From Adineta vaga (lineage: Eukaryota > Animalia > Rotifera), in the NCBI GenBank assembly GCA_021613535.1, contig CP075493.1:10664001-10728000 (forward strand): a stretch of 64,000 bases of DNA, written 5' to 3'. A program made the position numbers and the translations under genes. This document shows, in pieces, positions 26,698 through 38,956 of this stretch (position 1 is the first letter of the stretch; every line of letters starts with the position of its first letter). The notes below the pieces were generated by a model. The model was not told the DNA's origin. It saw only the letters and a list, made by a program, of their open reading frames with translations, and did no database searches.

Positions 26698-28363
26698 ATG
26701 TATATAATTACATCAAATTGGATCGCTGTTTTTCGTAAGTATTCATTTAATATATATTATCTGCTTTAATTATTGATATATAGTTTCAATACTTATCACG
26801 AAGACATATGCTGTTCGTACAACAATATTCAACTGTGATTTCAATGCAGGATTATCAGTCGAATGCTCATTTCTTCCATCATCTGGCTCGAATCTTAATA
26901 TCTCATCTGGATTCTTACCTGATCTAACTTCACCACAACAACCGGAACAACCTTTATCAGATGCTACTTCTATTAGTGAGTTTAGTTTTAACATATTCAT
27001 GTTCATTTCTTTGCCATTGTTTTAGCTAATTCTATCAATGGTTACATATGCAATTTACCATATCAAATTAATAATTGGGATATGCATTTTTGTTTAAGAC
27101 AAGATGATACAAATAACTATACATGTCCCACCGATGTATCAAATACAAGTGTGTGTGCATCAGGTAAGAATGCTTTGATTTCTTAAACAATAAACGATTA
27201 TTGTTTAGGAAAGTATGGATATGTTGCAATAAATTCTTCTGAAACGTTTGATCGAACGTATTCGACAATTGTGAGAAAAAATACAGCAATTGAACAATGC
27301 CTAACGTTTTATTATTACTTTACGAATGCTTTAAGAAATCCAATGATTGAAGTTCTATGGCAATCATTGATGCCATATAGTGACGCTAGTATCAATATTA
27401 TTACAGTAATACCTCAATCAGACAATAGATGGTATAAAAGTGAAACAGTCTTTATTACAAATTCATCAGACTATCTTGTAATATTTCGATTTTTCTGTTC
27501 TGAAATCCTTTTTTATCACTTATTTACTAGCTTAAATTTCAACTTCATCGAGATAGTGGAAGTGATTCTGCAGACTTCTTCTTTGCACTAGATGATATGT
27601 TAATTACAAGTGGTTTATGTGGTAAGAGATTTAGTTCTTTTTCCTAATCATCATTATCTCAACCAAGATATAAATATCATTATAGAACCAGATTTACAAA
27701 ACGTTACAGCATTCACTGTGAGTTTATAAAAGTTCATCTTTGATTTATTTGCTCACGTATCTATTCTAGATTGATCAAACATCGATACGATCTACTGATA
27801 GTACAAGTATCATGTAAGGTTTACTTTTCTCGATAAATAAATTGTCAAAAATGTGTTTTTAAGTGAATCGTTTTCGACCAGTTTCCCAACAGATATAGAG
27901 CAATCAACATTATTTTCACACTCATCTCCATCTGATTTGATCGATACATCCCAACAAGCACATCAAGAAAACACCACTCTTGATGATCTATCTTCTGATT
28001 CTGACAATACAACTGTTGTTCCTACTTTTATAACAACAGATACGGACGTCAAAGAAAACACTTCATCTTCATCGACACAATCATCCAATATCGATCAACA
28101 CTATTCCATAGAAACAACTATTACAACAAAATTTCCTTTAGATCTTAATACAATTTTTTCAACCAGTGTAGGTTTGATTTCTTGTATGGATTAATATCAA
28201 TTCTATATTTTGAATTTTAACATAATCCAGAAACAAGATGAAACATTCAACGTTCCGATTTCAACAATTGTGCAGCCAAATATTCCTCTCAGTACTATCC
28301 ACATCGAGTTAACGACTCCTCAAACAACAATGAATTTCTCAACTAGTTCACTAACTAGTTCTA

Positions 28364-28404
<41 letters not shown>

Positions 28405-28692
28405 GACAATAAATCATCATCAGACAATAAATCACCAAAGAGTAAGTTTTAGTTTAGATCTCGAAGAAAAAAGTCTTTCTCTAATAAGAAAATTCTGTTC
28501 AAAGGTTATACTATATTAATTATTGGTTTATCTGTTGGCTTGATTTTACCCATAGCTATCCTATCAACTATTGGTTTTGTTTACTATTTTAAATATCATC
28601 GACCAATGTCACGTCGAACACGTAGTCGAACACGCAGTCGAACACGCAGTAGATCACACACTAACAGAACTATCACTTTTAATGATGACTAA
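26698..28692 (+). CDS. Type I membrane protein: MAM-like domain, Ser/Thr mucin stalk, TM helix, Arg/Ser-repeat tail
   Basis: FNCDF, QCLTFYYYF, RWYK, FFALDDMLITSGLC (MAM-like); S/T-rich exons; TM YTILIIGLSVGLILPIAILSTIGFVYYF; tail RTRSRTRSRTRSRS. Confidence 0.7.
28366..28404 (+). repeat. (TCA)n microsatellite encoding poly-Ser
   Basis: About 13 TCA units inside the mucin-stalk exon. Confidence 0.9.
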
Positions 28693-29828
28693 AATTATTT
28701 ATTTTTTCTGTTTCTCTGTCTCTCTCTCTCCTGACACATTCAACAAATAAAATCTCTTCAGTCAATTTCATATGCATCAATAAATCAATGTAATTTAGTT
28801 AAGAAAAGGAAAAAATTCAAGTTATTTCTTTTCGATAACCAAGATAGAGAAAATAGGAGGTACTCGAGTTTAATGGTCACAGGTGCAAATTTTCTCTTCT
28901 CACTAATCCATATCGACTTGCTCTTGCTATAAATAACAGAAACTTCACCTTCAAATCTGGTCAAACTTTAGTTTTCTTTTCAATCTATTTCTTACGTAAG
29001 ACACATGAATAAACATCATCTAATCATCGTCAATACAAAAGATAATCTTACAGTTTCATAATCTGATCTATTACATAGATGATGTATTTAATTCAACTGA
29101 TCATATATATCCTTGACTGTAAAGTTTCATGTTCCCTTCGATGTCGTCGTATATATTTTCATTCGTACTCTTTTTATGTGCATGCTTATTTATTTGTATT
29201 GCGTTTGAATCAAAACACGTCCTTGTTCTTTTCTGAATCCTTCAAAACATAAACAAAATAGTAAATAAATCTATTTCTAGATATGTATATACATATATTT
29301 CTTTACTTCGTTTCTTTATATACACAACAAGATGTTAAATCAGTTCGCAAAAAAAAATAAGGAATGAATATGACAAAAAAAAGAAGAAGCTCTATAGATA
29401 AATATTACAAAAAAACGGGATAGTAAAGTTAATGTTTATAATGAGATCTTTTCTATTTACATATACAGTATGTTTTTTTTTCTCTATACAGATGATGAAA
29501 TCAAACAAACAAAAATATATATATATATGGAACAAAATAAATAAAATCCATTCTCCAATAGAAAAACACTAACCATATCCACTTACTTTATCTCGATTGA
29601 ATACATTCTCGTTTTTCTTATCGATCGTATGGAGAATAGATTTATATAGATATCAGACAAAGAACGTCAATTATGGATTAAATGAAAAATGAAACGACGC
29701 AAAATTAGTGGAAGCACAAAAATCGAATTGTGATGTGTGTTTTTTTTCGTGTTTGTTCTTAATGCTTTCATATATAAATTTTTAAAAAAATGAAATGAAA
29801 TGAAAAGAAAAAGGAAAACACAAACTTA

Positions 29829-31217
29829 TTAGACAGTAGGAAAAGTGCGACCACAAACAACATCGGCATAGGTCGGTCGATCAGATAAATTCGTGAATGG
29901 TTTTAATGGTTTATATGCATGGGATATGAATGTTAAGTCAGATAATTCCAATCGAACAACCTTGTATGATGGTAATAAACGAACAATTAAGTCTCGACAA
30001 GATAATAATGCATCACTTTCAACCTATGAGAAAGAAAATTAGATCAATGCAAAAAAACAAAACTTGTTTTTGTCTTTTCGTACTTTGGCTAATTGTTGTA
30101 GATAACTGATTGATTCTAACCAATCGATATTCATTTCCGATTCTTGTATTTGTTGTTGCTGTTGTTTTTCAAATTCTAAACTAATAAGAGCCAAAGCAAG
30201 AATTCGAGGTTTGAATGATGCTAAACGATGATGTTGTAAACATGAAGCTAATTTAATCTCTAAATCAATATATTTTTCACAATGTTCTTCTGGTTGATTG
30301 TCCATTTTCAGCGATAAAAGTGCAAAATACTAAAAAAGAAATCAATGATTAGAAAAATGACTCGTTTGATTTTTTTTCCTTACAATTTGGAGAAAATCAA
30401 CTGCTGTTACAAAATCTGCATACCAATCGAATTTCTCCAGAATTAAACGTTCCATACGAAGAAGTTCATTGGCAGAACAAGTTGCATTACAATCGATGAC
30501 AAATTCAGGTGTTATAGATATTGTATCATCTTCTTCTTTGCATTTAGCTGCTATATACAAACAACCAACTGCCAAGCATTCCAAAAATTTCGGACGAACC
30601 TGAAAGAATGTTAGATAAGCAAAAACAAAACGTTCGCTAATAAAACAATTTACTTTGAGTGTTGCTAAAAATCGATCGAGTATATCAATACTCAATGCAT
30701 ATGTATCGATTCCGAAATGCATAGATGCAGCAACTTTTCGAAGCCATGATGATGCATGATTACGTTGAGAACTGTTCACTTCATCCTAGTAACAAAAAAA
30801 GACAAAGATATTATCACATATCAGTTTCTATTGACATTATATCTCAACAATGAATCATTCTTTTTTGTTGCTACTTTTTTTTATCAAAACAAATAAATAT
30901 TATTTTCTTATCGCACTTCTTTTTCGACAATAGTTATGTTTTCTTTTCTTGTAACATTGTTAACAAAATCGTCTAATGGTGTTATGGTTATGCAAATCAA
31001 GGTCGTCAGAACTTTATGTTTTCGTAGACTTTTCTTTCTCCTTTGTCTGTCCAACGAACGACTAAAAGCAAATAAACACCATACATACCAATTTTGTTTG
31101 ATTAAAAATACGTTCTTTCCATGTTCGATCTTCTTTTCCACATAAACGTTCTAACGATGTTGTTAATGTACTTAAAGTTTGTCCAGCTGTTCGAAGACCC
31201 AATACGACAACGACCAT
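29829..31217 (-). CDS. CCNI: Cyclin I/G-family cyclin
   Basis: SQRNHASSWLR...DILDRFLATLKVRPKFLECLAVGCLYIAAKCKEED...ELLRMERLILEKFDW...TAVDFLQI; 5 coding exons. Confidence 0.85.
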
Positions 31218-31769
31218 TGTTATGTTGAGGAGATTTATACAAAGGAATTTTATCAAAACCACTGATTATTACCTGAAATTGAAAGAAAAAAAAGATTATA
31301 AGGTTCTGTTCGTCTGTATCAAACCTGTTGTTGTTTTTGGTCAGCACTATCCTTGCTGCCCAATGAATAAATAATTATATTTCTTATTGTTCGACTGAAG
31401 TCGTTATTAAAGTAAATATCATTTACTGTTGGTTTATATACTCATTGTATGTTAAATATTTTGGAAAATAAAACGACGTAGTCGACATGATAATCAATGA
31501 TAATAATCAATAAATATCGAGGATAATTAGAAGAGTCTGCTGCAAAAAGCAGTTGCCCGTCGATATGGTTGTATGTATGCGTATATGTTTTTTTAATGAA
31601 AACAAAAATGTGAAGGAAAATTATACCAACATGTCGATATTAAAAAAACAATTGGCCTGTTTATTCTAAAACGAAAAAAAATATTGTATTTATATGTTTT
31701 TCACGACCTATTACACTTTTAAAGAAACGAATAATGTAATCTGTCGACACTTACTTTATAGAGACGTTT

Positions 31770-31770
<1 letters not shown>

Positions 31771-31801
<31 letters not shown>

Positions 31802-31807
31802 TCTCTC
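31771..31807. repeat. (CT)n microsatellite upstream of the cyclin gene
   Basis: Direct CT dinucleotide run. Confidence 0.85.
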
Positions 31808-33041
31808 CTTTGCTATAGATATGACGATTTTATGAAAAAAAAAGCTTTTCTTTATCGTTTCTTAATAGCGGTTTTGACATCAATATTAAAGAAAAAAAAC
31901 AACTCAATGATAGGAAAGAAAAATGACGATAACGATCACGAGTTGAGAGGGATGGGCAACAGTCAATGAGGTTATACAATGAGAAGCCATTTTGTTACGT
32001 TTGTCGAATGGAGGAAACAAAAACTAGAGCGACATCTAGAATATTCCATAAACATTATATTATTTCAAGATCCATCGAAGATAAATGCTGTATAATCATC
32101 TAAGTTCAGTTCGATAATGGACAGATCAGTAATTGATTACAGTAGAAATGAAAATGAAATGTTCGTTCTTTCCACATATGTTCGTAATCTTGACTAGTTC
32201 GACGTTATTTGACTGTATTCTTTGACGTTTTACTTATATATATGATGTTCTAGAATGTCCTCCGACAAGAGGAGAATACCTCGGCGATGATTTCGTTTTC
32301 TTTTTATACTTTAGCTTTGTTGGCAATGAATACATTTCTTTTATTAGATATTGACCTCGCCTATATACTATTATTCGTTTTCGACGAGAAACTAAATGAA
32401 ATCGTTTTTCGACGATATTTATCTTTATCTACTAACAACATTCGTCAGTTGAATATCTCAAATATCATAGTCATGCGAAATTCGATTTATTCGATCGAAA
32501 TGTTACAAATAGAAAAGAAAAGGAGGCAAAGAATTGATCGGAACTGGATTAATGTTTTTTCAACAACAACAAATAATTCAATAAAACATCATTTCACAAT
32601 TTTATTCTTCTTTGTACTTCAAGTTTATCATCTTTCTTTTGGATGATGAAAGTTTTCTACCGATTAGAAATGTTTCTGATGAAATACAAACATCTTTTCA
32701 TATGATTCATGATCAGCTGTTCTCTTTTCATCGATAGGAGAACTTATTGAATCATATCGATTGGTTAACCCTCAAATACTTTGAAAATTTTCAAAAATTG
32801 TTTTCAATAAATCAAAAGAATAAATTCTATAAATAAAATATCATTTCTAAGAAAAAGATTTTCTCTTCAAAATTTCTATTGAAGAATATGAGATGAAAAT
32901 CTTCGTTGGTAAAATCTGGAATAGAATAGTAAATCCATAAAGTATTCTTGTTTCTAATTCCATCGAAAAATTCTTTCACAAAAAGAAAAAAGCTAAATAT
33001 AACAAATATTTTAGATAATTAATCTTCATTCATCATCAACG

Positions 33042-33923
33042 ATGAGCGCAAGTACAAAGATTATGAAAAGTGGTAGTGAACCACCAACTGTACTTGAATT
33101 GGAAGTTTCACAAGTAAAAATTTCGTTTATCTAAACAAAGATTTTTGTTTTCTATGAAGATTTTCTTATTTAGCAATTCTCCGAACTCGAAGGACATGCA
33201 CAATTTAAAGGTCAATTACGTGAACTTTATATAACTGGTGCTAAAGTAAAGAAAAATCGGATCTGTTCATTATGAAAAATTTGATTGTCTTTTTACTTTC
33301 GCTTTTTTTCTAGAAAGTTGACTTAGGTGATGGACGATCAGCTTTGGTTATTTATATTCCAGTACCAAAAGTGAAAAATTTCCAACGAGTTCATTCATTA
33401 CTTGTCTCTGAACTTGAAAAGAAATTCAATCAAACAGTTATTCTTCTTGGACAAGTAAAAGATTTCCTTTTCTTGCTTTTTTTTCGAAATGAAAAAGTCA
33501 ACAATTTCTTTAGCGCCGAATTTTACCTAAACCAACACGAAAATCGAAGACACAATCGAAACAAAAACGACCAAGAAAGTTCGTTATCTCTTCTTTCAAT
33601 TCAAATTTCATTTCTCAATTCCCTTCATTTTAGCCGTACATTAACTGCTGTGCATGATGCTATCTTACACGATCTTGTTTATCCCGCTGAAATCACCGGA
33701 AAACGTATTCGAACTAAATTAGATGGCTCACGTCTTTTCAAAGTTCATCTTGATAAAAATCAACAAACACTTGTCGAAAACAAAGTAATTTAAATTCGTT
33801 TTCTTCTGTTCTAAAATACTACGAAGATCCTTTTTTTTCTCCTAGGTACCAGCTTTTCAATCAGTTTATAAAAAACTAACAGGAAAAGATGTTCACTTTG
33901 AATTTCCTGAAGTGCTCGTCTAA
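33042..33923 (+). CDS. RPS7: 40S ribosomal protein S7 (eS7), 6 coding exons
   Basis: MSASTKIMKSG..., [75 protein letters not shown]. Confidence 0.97.
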
Positions 33924-34348
33924 ACTAGACTAAATCTAAAAGAAGAAATGTTTTTGATCCACAACAACAACAGTTTAATATTGAAAATTGTTGTTTATTT
34001 TTATTGTCTATCATCATCATCATCATTTATTTATTAAATAACATCAACAATAAAAATATATATACATACACATACAGGGAACCGCATATTCCCATGTTAG
34101 GACAAAATAACATTCTTTTATCAAACCAATCATTAATCAGGTTTTCAATAGATTAGAAATTTCATTGTTATATATTGAATATTATTGTAGATGTATGAAG
34201 TATGTTCATTTATTTCCGACAGAAAGAAAAATCATGACGATAATAGAGAAAAAAGTGTAAACAAAAGAAAATGGATAGATCCTCTGAAGGGAGAGCGAAA
34301 ACGATTGATTTATACATATAGAGAATCATACAAAAAAAAACATTTGAT

Positions 34349-35489
34349 TTAATCAAATTCAAGTGGTTCAAATCCTCCGCTAGCAGCAGATGAACCACCA
34401 TGATTATCTTCATCATTTCGACGATTATTATTATTATTGTTCGATGATGATTGTTGTTGATTTGGTTGAAGATTAAAATATTCACGATTGGCGGTATTAT
34501 CACCATCTAAAGTCACACGACATGTTGGACAGGTTCCATGCTAAAATGACTGATGAATACAGAAAGAAAAGCAAAGAATCAAATAACTTACAAGTCGAAG
34601 CCATCGTGATATACATTCTTCATGAAAATGATGTGAACAAGGAAGACGTTTTGCCTCATCATTTTCTTTAAAGTCATCCATGCATATAGCACACTGTAAA
34701 TTATCACCTAACATCGAAAATATACATTGATTTATAAAGAGAAAATTTTAACTTACGAGCTTGTTCACCAGTTACTTTTACTGTTGGAATTGAATTGATA
34801 CGATTTTCTGGTGCTGGTGCAGGTCCACTATTTTCTCCCATTTGATTTAGAAACTATTTCAAGATAACGTTGTCTTCAAAGAACAGAAACGATAGAAGAT
34901 GTTTTACCTGCGTAATAAAAGCATCCAGATTATTTGCATCCAGAAAAGTTGCACCAGGAGCATTGTGCATCATACTATAAATAGGTCACTTTCTTTTTTT
35001 TAAATAAAGGAAAAGAGAAAATCTTATACAAAGGAAATGGTGAAGCACCAACACCTCCACCACCCGTCAATCCACCGGCAAGTTGTGACAAAAGTGTTTG
35101 CAGAAAATTTCCTAGATCACCATTTCCATTTAAATTGTATCCATCATTTGATGATGGTCCACCACCAAAGACGATAGCTGTATTACCATATGGTGTTGCA
35201 CCATGAATTTGAAATGTTCCACCAGTACGTCTTTGATTTCCTCGTGATTGACTAGAATTGAATTTGCTTTTATTCAATTATTCGAAACAAAAATAATCAA
35301 CATACGATGGTACTTCCTGAGGTGGAACTTCTTCAATAAAACTTTCATTACAACGAGGACATTCAAAATTCTAAACAAAGAAAAATGTTGATGTTTCATT
35401 GACTATTATTAATATGGAGATCTTACCATCACTTGTCCAATATGTGCTTGACACTTATGACAATAATAACTAGGCCCTGATGTGGCCAT
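34349..35489 (-). CDS. RNF126: RING-H2 E3 ubiquitin ligase, RNF126/RNF115-like
   Basis: N-terminal Zn ribbon YYCHKC...CPRCNESFIEE; LDAFITQ..GPAPAP; CAICMDDF...[26 protein letters not shown]. Confidence 0.9.
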
Positions 35490-35860
35490 TTCTACACCCT
35501 TCTTTTGTTTTTTCGGCGACACCAAGTCAAGATAAATATCTTAAAGAATGTTTTAATTCAAAAGATAACGTTGTTTAATAAAACTGATAAATTCTCATTC
35601 AATATCAGTCCTGTTAAGTGAATGGATTCAATCATTGAGTAAGAAAAAAGAGATAGTTTTAGATAAATACTTAGTAGTATAAAGAAAAAAAACAAGCAGA
35701 GACTCATTACTATTGGTAATGGTAGGAGAAGAGAAATATTAATGGTCTATTGATTAACCAATCGTTTGATCATATGTTGAAAGAGACAGACGAACGAAAA
35801 GAATCGAAGTCAAAATCAAAAGTTCGTGTTTTCGTTTATATTTCATTTCTTCAGAAAAAA

Positions 35861-36331
35861 ATGACCGAAAAAAATGAAGAAATTCGAGCAGTACTTCATG
35901 CCAAATTAATTGAAAGTGGTGAACGAGAACAGTGAGAAATAATTAAATGATTAATATAATGTATTTGATTGTTGAATTATATAATCTAAATAGAATAAAA
36001 CAATGGTTACGACAACGTTTAATAGAATCGGGATGGAGAGATCAAATGCAAGCTTATTGTAAAGGTATAAATAAATAAATTTCTATTAGTTGAATAAATA
36101 AAAAATCGAATTTCATTGAAGAAAGTGCTAAACAGAAAGGTTTAGAAAATTTAACTGTCGATGAACTTGTACAAGAAATAACGCCTAAAGGCCGTGGTAA
36201 AAAGAAACAAACTAATTTTCATCTTCTATTCGAAAACTTTCTCTTATTTTCTAGCTCTTGTTTCTGATGATATCAAAAAAGAAATGTTGGCTCGACTTCA
36301 ACAATATTTATCTAATCATAAAGATCTTTAA
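35861..36331 (+). CDS. ENY2: Transcription and mRNA export factor ENY2/Sus1 (4 exons)
   Basis: KLIESGERE.IKQWLRQRLIESGWRDQMQAYCK...[27 protein letters not shown]. Confidence 0.95.
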
Positions 36332-36546
36332 ATCATTTGTTAGTTACGAAATAAAACGATTATAATAATGATTTAAGTCAATTGTAGGTTAATTTATTTA
36401 AAAGAAAATTGGCAAATATATATGATAAGTAATAGTCAAAGCATAACTAAGTTTCAATTTCTTTTCTTTTCTTTTCTTAATATGAATTATATGCTAGTTT
36501 AAAAAATCAAGTACAAAAGTTTATCGTTGATTGTTTGAATGAGTAT

Positions 36547-37095
36547 TTAACCTTTGCTTGTTTTGGTTTTTGGTGCACATAATTTTTGTGTATGTACTTT
36601 AATTTGATCAGCTTGTGCTGAAGTTAATTTGGCTGTTGTACCATCATCAATAAGATTTGGTTCTGTGAATTTAATACCTTTCTTTTGAATACCATTGATG
36701 AAACAGGTAGCATCGGGAAGAGTTTTCCATGAACGAGCAACCATACATAATTTATTACAGACAGTTCCACCTTTGGGATCTTGTAAATCAAAACGAATTC
36801 CACGACCAAGAGCTGTTGGCATTTCGGATGATAAAACGAAATCTTTGGGATCTTTTAATTGTTTGTATGAATCAATAACATGAACTTTGACTTTACATGC
36901 TTTTGCTACTTGACCAATTGTTTTTAAATGTGGTACAAATGATTTATTAGCCATAATTTTTTCACCACCGAATTCTTTTCCACCTTTAAAGAGTGAAATT
37001 TGACATTTTTCTGTATGACTAAGGAAGAAACCATTTGTATTAGTAATGAAAAGGATTTCAGCAACAATTGCTAAGGTTATGATATACTTCAACAT
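36547..37095 (-). CDS. Secreted Cys-containing protein, peptidase M15/DD-peptidase-like fold, probably inactive
   Basis: Intronless 182-aa ORF with signal peptide; pattern AKACKVKVHVIDSYK...GRGIRFD...CNKLC...CFINGI...PNLIDDG. Family call is from recalled motifs only. Confidence 0.6.
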   Translation of the reverse strand: MLKYIITLAIVAEILFITNTNGFFLSHTEKCQISLFKGGKEFGGEKIMANKSFVPHLKTIGQVAKACKVKVHVIDSYKQLKDPKDFVLSSEMPTALGRGIRFDLQDPKGGTVCNKLCMVARSWKTLPDATCFINGIQKKGIKFTEPNLIDDGTTAKLTSAQADQIKVHTQKLCAPKTKTSKG

Positions 37096-38086
37096 TGTGT
37101 ACGTTTAGCTCTACGGTTAATGTTTAATGTCTATCGGATGTAATGATACAACAGTATTTATATATGTAGATCAGTATCTGTGAAATCTAGAGAGAGAGAA
37201 AAAAAGAGAAGTAATATGCGTCGCTGAAATCTATCAACTATAGCTTGTATAAATATACAACGAAGATAATGATTAATATCCATATGTCATAGAGACATGA
37301 GAGAACTTATCTATTTTTCTTTGAAGAAAGATATAGGAATTCATTATCTGTTGGATGTTATTCATCCATCAAGAAACTATTTTGGGATTAGTTAGAAATA
37401 ATACAATAACCTTGCTTTGTTTCGGAAGATTTATTATTGAATACAAATGTCACGACTAATTCAAAAATAATATTTTCTCATATTTACAACAAAGGATTGA
37501 TTTCATTTTTCAAAATATTCTTGCATATAGCAACAAAGACAAAGTATCATCTCAACAGCTGCGGAAATACTACCCATTGTTGCCTAAAGAAATCAGAAGA
37601 AAATTTAGTCATTTACTTAATAAATTCATTTGATGATGATGTAGATGGATTAATTTTTGCATGCCTCTCACCATCGAAAGACGATTTCTAACAGAATCCT
37701 ACCGAAAATTCTAAAATGTGACGTCGCCACTTCAATCTGGAACAATCTGTTCTTCAAAATTCTTTGTTCTTCGTTAACCTCTAGACGAGCTTGAGAAAAA
37801 CATCTTAAACACTCAAAAGAATTAATACAATTAAAGTATTCAGGATAAGAGAGGAGGGTATTTCGACTGGATCGCATCGCATTTGTAAAACTCGTCAGAA
37901 TCTATTACAAAATACTTTTGAATATTGAATGCGAAGATTATGTTTTGATTTCTTGTTATTGAATCTGATCGAATTTTACTGTCGACTTTAGTTAAATTCT
38001 TATATTGAAATCCAAAGATGATTATAGTTGAGTCCAAACAGATGCCTTAAGTAGAAACTCATTTTTAATTTTTTGTACGTACTTAA

Positions 38087-38178
38087 CCCTTTCCGGCCGG
38101 CTATTTGGAAAATACCGTACCCCCCCTCCTCCTCCTACGGCAAAATGTATTCATATGGATACAGCCGGCTGGAAAGGG
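38087..38178. mobile_element. piggyBac-type MITE (92 bp) with TTAA target-site duplication
   Basis: TTAA|CCCTTTCCGGCCGGCT...AGCCGGCTGGAAAGGG|TTAA; 15/16 TIR match; GC-rich relative to flanks. Confidence 0.88.
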
Positions 38179-38614
38179 TTAATCAACTATTTTACTTTTT
38201 TACTCTATTGGTCTTATCCGCGTATGAATAAGCTGTAATTTTTCTTTGTTCGTTATATTTATTATGAAATTTCGTTATTTTATTAGAATCGGAAACTCTT
38301 TTATCGTAAATAATATCTATAAACCATTCAAATGAAGAATCTGCAGGAAAAAATTTCATCGATATTTGTCGAAATTCTATCGACTTTATTTGGTTTTTGT
38401 TGATCATGAATGTTTAAAATAGTCACATAATTTCAATTTCTACACAATCAGATAGTGCTTTCGAATTCTATGGAATCAATATGAAATTACTAGAATTATT
38501 TTTTCTTTCAAGAGAAATGAATATAGTTATTTATTAGCGTGATTAAAATATTTGTGTAATAAGAATCTATAAGCAAGCTTTGAATAATAAGTAAAAAAGA
38601 ATAATGATATGTTT

Positions 38615-38956
38615 TTAGACTTTGATGGGAACTGTAATATGAAGATAACCATCATTTTTCAATTCCGTTTTGAGTTTATCTAATTCTGCTGTTGGCCAAA
38701 TTGTTACTTGTTTGAATTCAGGTCCAGCTAAAGGAAATATCAAATAGAATCGACGAAAAGAGAAACATGAAATCGTACCTTTATTTTCGAAGTTAATACG
38801 TAAATCATGTCCATTAAGTTTAATATCCATATTGTTAGCTGTTGTTCCAGGTTTTACTTGAAGACGCATATGAAGAATTTTTTTACCTGCTTCACCTGCA
38901 TCTTCTAAGGTTGGATTCCAGGTAGTATTTTGAAGGAATTGTTCGAGAGTAAACAT
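38615..38956 (-). CDS. Minimal small heat-shock protein (alpha-crystallin/HSP20-like), ~96 aa after splicing
   Basis: LQVKPGTTANNMDIKLNGHDLRI...FKQVTIWPTAELDKLKTELKNDGYLHITVP; 51-nt GT-AG intron at 38728-38778. Confidence 0.75.
   Translation of the reverse strand: MFTLEQFLQNTTWNPTLEDAGEAGKKILHMRLQVKPGTTANNMDIKLNGHDLRINFENKGTISCFSFRRFYLIFPLAGPEFKQVTIWPTAELDKLKTELKNDGYLHITVPIKV

Noticed and set aside
31694-32646. Short hydrophobic ORFs between cyclin and RPS7, and similar 60-120 aa ORFs elsewhere
   Set aside because: AT-rich or microsatellite-derived chance ORFs in promoter/intron DNA with no motifs.
37437-38407. Fragmentary minus-strand ORFs around the MITE
   Set aside because: No recognisable domain; possibly a decayed gene but cannot be supported.
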